Both the position numbers and the translations under genes were made by a program. Below the pieces are notes generated by a model. That model was given only the letters and a program-made list of their open reading frames with translations, was not told the origin of the DNA and ran no database searches. DNA of 49,199 nucleotides, taken from assembly GCA_963777955.1 (NCBI GenBank), contig CAVZSQ010000024.1, positions 1 to 49,199 of the forward strand, in the 5' to 3' direction. How positions within the stretch are numbered: the stretch's first letter is position 1; each line of letters opens with the position of its first letter. Source of the DNA: Calditrichia bacterium (GTDB lineage Bacteria > Calditrichota > Calditrichia > JAJRVZ01). Shown piece after piece: positions 44,106 to 49,199 of this stretch.

Positions 44106-44976
44106 TCAGATTTCCTTTTTAGTTAGACAGGCTTCTATAAATTTTATTTCCCGTGGATCAACCAGATAGGGTAGAATCCGCAGCAGGTTCAGTTTTTCCA
44201 GGTAATCATACCAGGCTGCATAAAACGGATTTTCAATAAAGGCCTGGACGAGTTGTTGATCGAAATACCTCAGCACCTGAATGATTTTATTGCGCTGGTA
44301 AGGGAGTATCTCCGTATCCACTAACAGCGACCAGTAGAACCTGGTGTCCTGGCGCAATTTGACAATATCCAGCAGCGGCGATTCCAGGAATGAATCCAGA
44401 AAATCGATCATATAAATATTACCGGCAAAATAGAGCGTGTTGGAAAGGGTGAAATCCCCGTGACAGAGACCCAGCGGCAGCGGATAATCAGGTATGTGCC
44501 CGAACAGGTACTGAATGTTATCAAAGAATATTTTGCCGGAGAATTTCCGTTTTAACAGTATTGATTTAATGGCCGTTAATTTTTCGGTCAGCAGCAGCGG
44601 ATTACACTTTTTTATTTCGGCCAGAGAAATTTCTTTTTTAATGAACCTGATAAAATTAGCGATCAGCGAGCTCCAGTTGATCCAGGCTGCTGCGTTCCAG
44701 GTATTCACTGTATTTTTCGCCCGGTATGAACTCCATTTCAAACCAGAATAATCCATTCTCCCTCTGCCCGGCCTGCCGGTAAACCAGGGGCGTAGTGAAG
44801 GGTTGAAAATATTCAGTCTTAGACTGGAACAGGCGCTGCTTGCTGCACTGCGCCGCCAGCCGACGGTTATACTGCCGTGTGGCGGAAGATTTTCTGACTA
44901 TATCCCTGCCGGTCGATCTTAATAATTCAACCTGGCATCCGGATCTGCCGGCAATCTTGATTTTTTGATCCCGCAT
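44106..44976 (-). CDS. APH/choline-kinase-like phosphotransferase; frameshifted
   Basis: GRSGC, VRKS, FEMEFI, CHGDFTLSN and IDFLDS. Confidence 0.82.
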
Positions 44977-44993
44977 ACTTACGATCGGTCTGG

Positions 44994-45740
44994 TCAGACC
45001 TGGCCGCTGTATTTGAATATACGCAGCCGGTCTGCTTCCTGCTCCAGGATGTATTCTTTTTTCTGCCGCAATTCCTGCGTCAGCAGCCAGGGTCCGCCGT
45101 CAGCCTGCACGTACCACTGGTCTTCGGTGGAGAATCCCGGCGAACAATTATGGAAAGCTATATAGCCATTACGATTCAGCAGTTTTATAGCGTGAATAAA
45201 ATCATTGCGGGTGGCCTGGTAAGTATGATTTCCGTCGATAAAAATGAAATCAAATTTTTTATTATTCAGTCCCAATTCCGCCAGCACCTTGACCGAATCC
45301 CCCTTTAACAAACTCACCCGGCCGTCGCAAAGCGCCTGCTGCACTTGCTCCCTGCTGTAATTTGTCCACAGGTGGGTATTATCCGCGGCCGGAACAAAAT
45401 CTTCGAATAAATCTATACCGGTGAAACAGACCGATTGGGTGTGATCTTTCAGAAATCTGATTGTACCCCCGGCATAAGTTCCTACTTCCAGGTATTGAAT
45501 ACTCCCCTGCTGTTTTTGCAGTTGCAGCAGGTATGATAGTAATGCCCACTTTTCCCGTTCGGTCAGGTCGCTCACATAATTCCTCTGCAGAAATTCGCTG
45601 GAATATTTCCGCCCTGCTGATCGCCGCTTCAGCAGTACGACCAGACCGTAAGGCAGTATATTTCTGATAATTTTTCGAAATTTGATTTTGGCAGAATTGA
45701 CCACCAGCCCGTAGGGCAGCAGATATTTGAGGAAATTCAT
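44994..45740 (-). CDS. Class I SAM-dependent methyltransferase (Methyltransf_24-like)
   Basis: YLEVGTYAGG, GDS and FDFIFIDGNHTY. Confidence 0.88.
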   Translation of the reverse strand: MNFLKYLLPYGLVVNSAKIKFRKIIRNILPYGLVVLLKRRSAGRKYSSEFLQRNYVSDLTEREKWALLSYLLQLQKQQGSIQYLEVGTYAGGTIRFLKDHTQSVCFTGIDLFEDFVPAADNTHLWTNYSREQVQQALCDGRVSLLKGDSVKVLAELGLNNKKFDFIFIDGNHTYQATRNDFIHAIKLLNRNGYIAFHNCSPGFSTEDQWYVQADGGPWLLTQELRQKKEYILEQEADRLRIFKYSGQV

Positions 45741-46826
45741 GATAAAGATTTATTAATAGTATCCAGCATTTTCTGTACGACCACATTCCAGGAATAACGC
45801 CCGACGGCAAATTCCTGCCCTTCCCGGCCCATTTTTTCCAGCAATTGTGGATTATCCAAAGCAAATAAAATTTTATCGGCTATCTCCTGCGGGTCGGGAT
45901 TAACTATGAAACCGTATTTACCATAACCGGCGAATTCGGGAAAGGCCAGGCGGTTCAAACCCAGAACAGGTGTTTTACACGACAGGGCTTCAGGGAAGAC
46001 CATACCGTTCGGCTCAAAGATAGCCGGCATGGCATAAAGTGCCAGCTTCCTGAAATAACGATATTGTTTTGGAACGGGGATAACCTTCATAGTAGGTCAC
46101 ACCAGCCATGGCCTCGCCGGTGGTACCGACCACGGCCAGTTTTAGTTCGTGGTTTTTTGCCTGTGCAATTTTAAAACCCTGCAGCAGGAGATTTAGACCC
46201 TTTAACTCCTCGCCGCCGCGGCGCAGCACCGTCAGGATAGGGCCATTTTCATAATTTTTTCCGCCCATGTACGGTTTCAGGTTTGCACCGAAACCGACAT
46301 TATGAACTTTTTCTGCTGCTACGCCAAAATCTTCTATAATACTTTTTCTGGTCCACTCGTTAAAAGTGAAAATGATTTTAAACCGGCCGGCATATTGCGC
46401 TGTGTACCTGATTAAATTTTTCAGGTACCTGGCGGAATGATTTACCAGCCCATACTTGTAACTGCCCAGGGGAGAGGCATCGGTATAAGCTACATGAATA
46501 CCTCTGGCGGCAGCCAGACGCAGTGGTAAGCAGAAAGAACTCATGTGAAAAATGACATCAGGTTCTGTTTTTAATTTTTTATACAGCCTGACAAATTTTT
46601 TCTCGGTCAGATAATTTATCAGAGGATCTCTCAGGCTGACTTCGGACAGGAAAATATTTGCATACAGTTTATGGATGTTCAATAGAATACGGTTTTTTAC
46701 AGTATAGTCGATATGATCAATAATGTTGACCTTGTTTTTCAGATGATCGTAAAAAGTGCCGGAAGTAAGGGCCCATGATTTGCTGCCACTGCCTTCTTTC
46801 GCTCCGCAAAACAATAAATCAAGCAT
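45737..46826 (-). CDS. Glycosyltransferase family 4; frameshifted
   Basis: KGLNLLLQGF and EPNGMVFPEALSCKTPV. Confidence 0.87.
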
Positions 46827-46875
46827 GGTATTCGATTAATAAATTTTTAAAATATGGAAGGATTATTATGTTACT

Positions 46876-47439
46876 TCAGAATTCTCTGTTACGGATGTAT
46901 TTTGCCGGATTACCGGCATAAAAAGATTTTTCTTCGACATTGTTGAGTACAACTGATCCGGCTCCGATCCGGGCATAATTGCCGATGGTTACTCCCTGGG
47001 CGATAATACTGCCGGAATAAATGATTACGGCATCGCCGATGGAAACCGGACCTGTCTGCTCGTGTTCGTCGGCCCGGGTCAGGGTCCAGTCGCCGGTATG
47101 GGTCCACAACTGGCAGGCGGCGCCAAAAGCGCAATGATTACCGATGCTGACATTTTCGGTCAGATCAATAATTACGCTATGCCCGATATAAACCCGGTCG
47201 CCGATGGTCAGATTTTTAAACGGCCTCTGCGGATTTGGCCGGTGTAATATCAGTCCCCGCTCGATGCCGCACTTGTCGCCGATCCGTGCGCCGTATAACC
47301 TCATGATGGGAATGATATAGGCGTACGGCATGACTTCGATACAACTGCTGACGCCGTACGGCCCGTACACTTTAAAATGATAAAAGGACTTCGTCCGCCA
47401 GTAGCAGTATCCAATTTTTCTTAACAGATTGCCAATCAT
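46876..47439 (-). CDS. Left-handed beta-helix O/N-acyltransferase
   Basis: Hexapeptide repeats, IGAGSVV and GNPAK. Confidence 0.9.
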   Translation of the reverse strand: MIGNLLRKIGYCYWRTKSFYHFKVYGPYGVSSCIEVMPYAYIIPIMRLYGARIGDKCGIERGLILHRPNPQRPFKNLTIGDRVYIGHSVIIDLTENVSIGNHCAFGAACQLWTHTGDWTLTRADEHEQTGPVSIGDAVIIYSGSIIAQGVTIGNYARIGAGSVVLNNVEEKSFYAGNPAKYIRNREF

Positions 47440-47445
47440 AAGCTT

Positions 47446-48630
47446 TTAAATAATTGCCTCGAAGACCTTTTTTATCGCCCGTACGGTATCTTCCACTTCT
47501 TCATCGGTGAGGGAAGGATACATAGGGATACGGATCAGCCGGTCAAAAAATTTAACCGAATTGGGAAAACGCTCCTGCTTACCCAGCGGCTCATAGTATT
47601 TATTTAAATGCAGAGGGGAGTAATGAACATTGACCATGACACCCTCGGCTTTCAGAGCATCGATCATCCAGATTTTATGCTGCGGCGGTACCAGAATATA
47701 AAAGATATGCCAGTTGCTCTGACTATCTTTGGTAATCAGCGGTAAATCGATTTGCTCAAGGCCAGCTAATTCCCGGAGATAATATTCCGCGATTTGCCGG
47801 CGGCGGCTGTTAATGAATTCCAGTTTTTGCAATTGGGTTACGCCCAGCGCACCCAGGATGTTGGATTGGACATAACTGTTGCCCACATCGACGTATTCAT
47901 AATACCCTTTTTTTCTGGCATCGGAAATAAAAGAATATTTATCCGTTCCCTTTTCCCGCATGATCTTGATTATCTCGGCCAGTTGATCGTCAGCGGTAAC
48001 TATGGCACCCCCTTCGCCGGTCGTGATATTCTTGGTACCATGAAAACTGAATGTACTGACATGGGCCAGTGTCCCGGTTTTGCGTCCTTTATAAAGGGCA
48101 CCAATGGATTGGGCCGTGTCGTGTACAACATATAATCCGTGTCTGTCGGCTATTTCATTGATCTCGTCCATCTCGGCCGGATTGCCGGCGTAGTCGACCG
48201 GAGCAATGGCTACCGTGTTTTTGTTAACCGCTTTTTCGATCTTATGAACATCGATATTCCCGTTACCGGCATAGACATCGACCAGGGTGATTTTCAGGTT
48301 ATTTAAAATAGGGCCGAGCGCCGTGGAGGTATAGGTAAAATTCGGGACAATGACCTCCTTGCCGGCCGGAAAATTTTTGATCATAAAAGCCAGGTCCAGC
48401 GCTGCCGTACATGAGGTAGTGAAGAAAACATGTTTGACGCCCAGGTAGGCTGCAAATTTTGATTCAAATTCACGACAGCAGGGTCCGTCACCGCTGATAA
48501 ATGTCGATTTCAGCGCATCAGCAACCGCCCTGCTGTCGTCATCATCAAGAAACGGTTTGTGAATGATCACCGGATTACTGCGCAGCGGCTTGCCGCCATT
48601 GATGGCCAGTTTTTTATCGCTCATGCTCAT
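47446..48630 (-). CDS. DegT/DnrJ/EryC1/StrS aminotransferase, WecE/RffA-like
   Basis: SCTAALD, DTAQ, FSFHGTKNITTGEGG and REKGT. Confidence 0.93.
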   Translation of the reverse strand: MSMSDKKLAINGGKPLRSNPVIIHKPFLDDDDSRAVADALKSTFISGDGPCCREFESKFAAYLGVKHVFFTTSCTAALDLAFMIKNFPAGKEVIVPNFTYTSTALGPILNNLKITLVDVYAGNGNIDVHKIEKAVNKNTVAIAPVDYAGNPAEMDEINEIADRHGLYVVHDTAQSIGALYKGRKTGTLAHVSTFSFHGTKNITTGEGGAIVTADDQLAEIIKIMREKGTDKYSFISDARKKGYYEYVDVGNSYVQSNILGALGVTQLQKLEFINSRRRQIAEYYLRELAGLEQIDLPLITKDSQSNWHIFYILVPPQHKIWMIDALKAEGVMVNVHYSPLHLNKYYEPLGKQERFPNSVKFFDRLIRIPMYPSLTDEEVEDTVRAIKKVFEAII

Positions 48631-48661
48631 ATATAATAATCCCGCTTAACAGTTATGCAGA

Positions 48662-49198
48662 TTATATGATTTTGTAATGAGAATAATATTCATAAAAATT
48701 GAATAAGCGGATCAGATCATCGATACCCTGTTCCAGGCTGCGGCGGGGAGTGAATCCGAGTTTTTCAAGTTTAATGAACGAGACGAAGTAGTGCCGCAGG
48801 TCGCGATCCTTTATTTCGGAATCAATGATATCAAAATTGATTTTTTGTTTGATCAGATTGGCTACTTCCTTTTTTGAATAATTAAGATTTTCGCCGCCGG
48901 CATTAAAAACCTGCCCTTTCATTTTCTGAAAATTATTCAGAGCGAAAAGATAGCACTCGACTGCATCATCAATATGGATAAAGGTCCGCTTGGCAAAACT
49001 GTCAAACAAGACCAGTGCTCTTTCTTTGATGGCTTTATAGGTGAAATCATTGACCATCAGATCCATACGCATCCTGGTGCTTACCCCGAAAACCGTGGCA
49101 AATCTCAGGTTGATGGCATTTTCTTTTTCGGCCACATACTTTTCCGCTTCATACTTGGTTATGGCATAGGTGGAGATGGGATCAACCGGAGAATCCTC
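48662..49198 (-). CDS. NAD-dependent epimerase/dehydratase (5' end outside the window)
   Basis: YAITK (YxxxK), LRFATVFG, RMRMDLMVNDF and RTFIHIDD. The frame is open to the window edge. Confidence 0.9.
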   Translation of the reverse strand, partial: EDSPVDPISTYAITKYEAEKYVAEKENAINLRFATVFGVSTRMRMDLMVNDFTYKAIKERALVLFDSFAKRTFIHIDDAVECYLFALNNFQKMKGQVFNAGGENLNYSKKEVANLIKQKINFDIIDSEIKDRDLRHYFVSFIKLEKLGFTPRRSLEQGIDDLIRLFNFYEYYSHYKII

Positions 49199-49199
49199 C

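Noticed and set aside
145..46826. Mass pseudogenisation or programmed frameshifting
   Set aside because: Single-base shifts hit most genes regardless of function, often at short homopolymers, with motifs intact on both sides. Uncorrected long-read indels explain this best.
7062..48135. Many 60-180-aa ORFs antisense to, or in alternate frames of, the called genes
   Set aside because: Shadow ORFs with no motifs or independent RBS evidence.

Overview
Bacterial window, probably from an FCB-group or Calditrichota-like organism (inferred from the PorV-like gene next to a protein with an NYPNPF/FlgD-type C-terminal sorting domain). Single-base frameshifts break most genes, as expected for an unpolished long-read assembly. 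Left to right: (1) an AT-rich HEPN-domain gene, then three degenerate tRNA-Ser(TGA) 3'-end copies, two of which flank a Fic gene; (2) a ~3,200-aa secreted surface protein with 12 repeats of ~98 aa, a PorV/TPR partner and an RsbW-like kinase; (3) a ~30-kb minus-strand Wzx/Wzy polysaccharide locus (Wzi-like protein, wecB, priming transferase, glycosyltransferases, methyltransferases, aminotransferase, epimerase). The most unusual signal is a family of small cassettes: a four-helix-bundle (23S rRNA IVP/Avd-like) gene with a sigma54-type promoter, bracketed by inverted arrays of 8-bp tandem repeats and sitting at gene junctions. There is one intact copy and four fragments. Two fragments are complementary halves of one gene, and one of them lies inside the Wzi-like gene between 21-bp direct repeats. 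The same repeats also appear to encode the signal peptides of two exported proteins.
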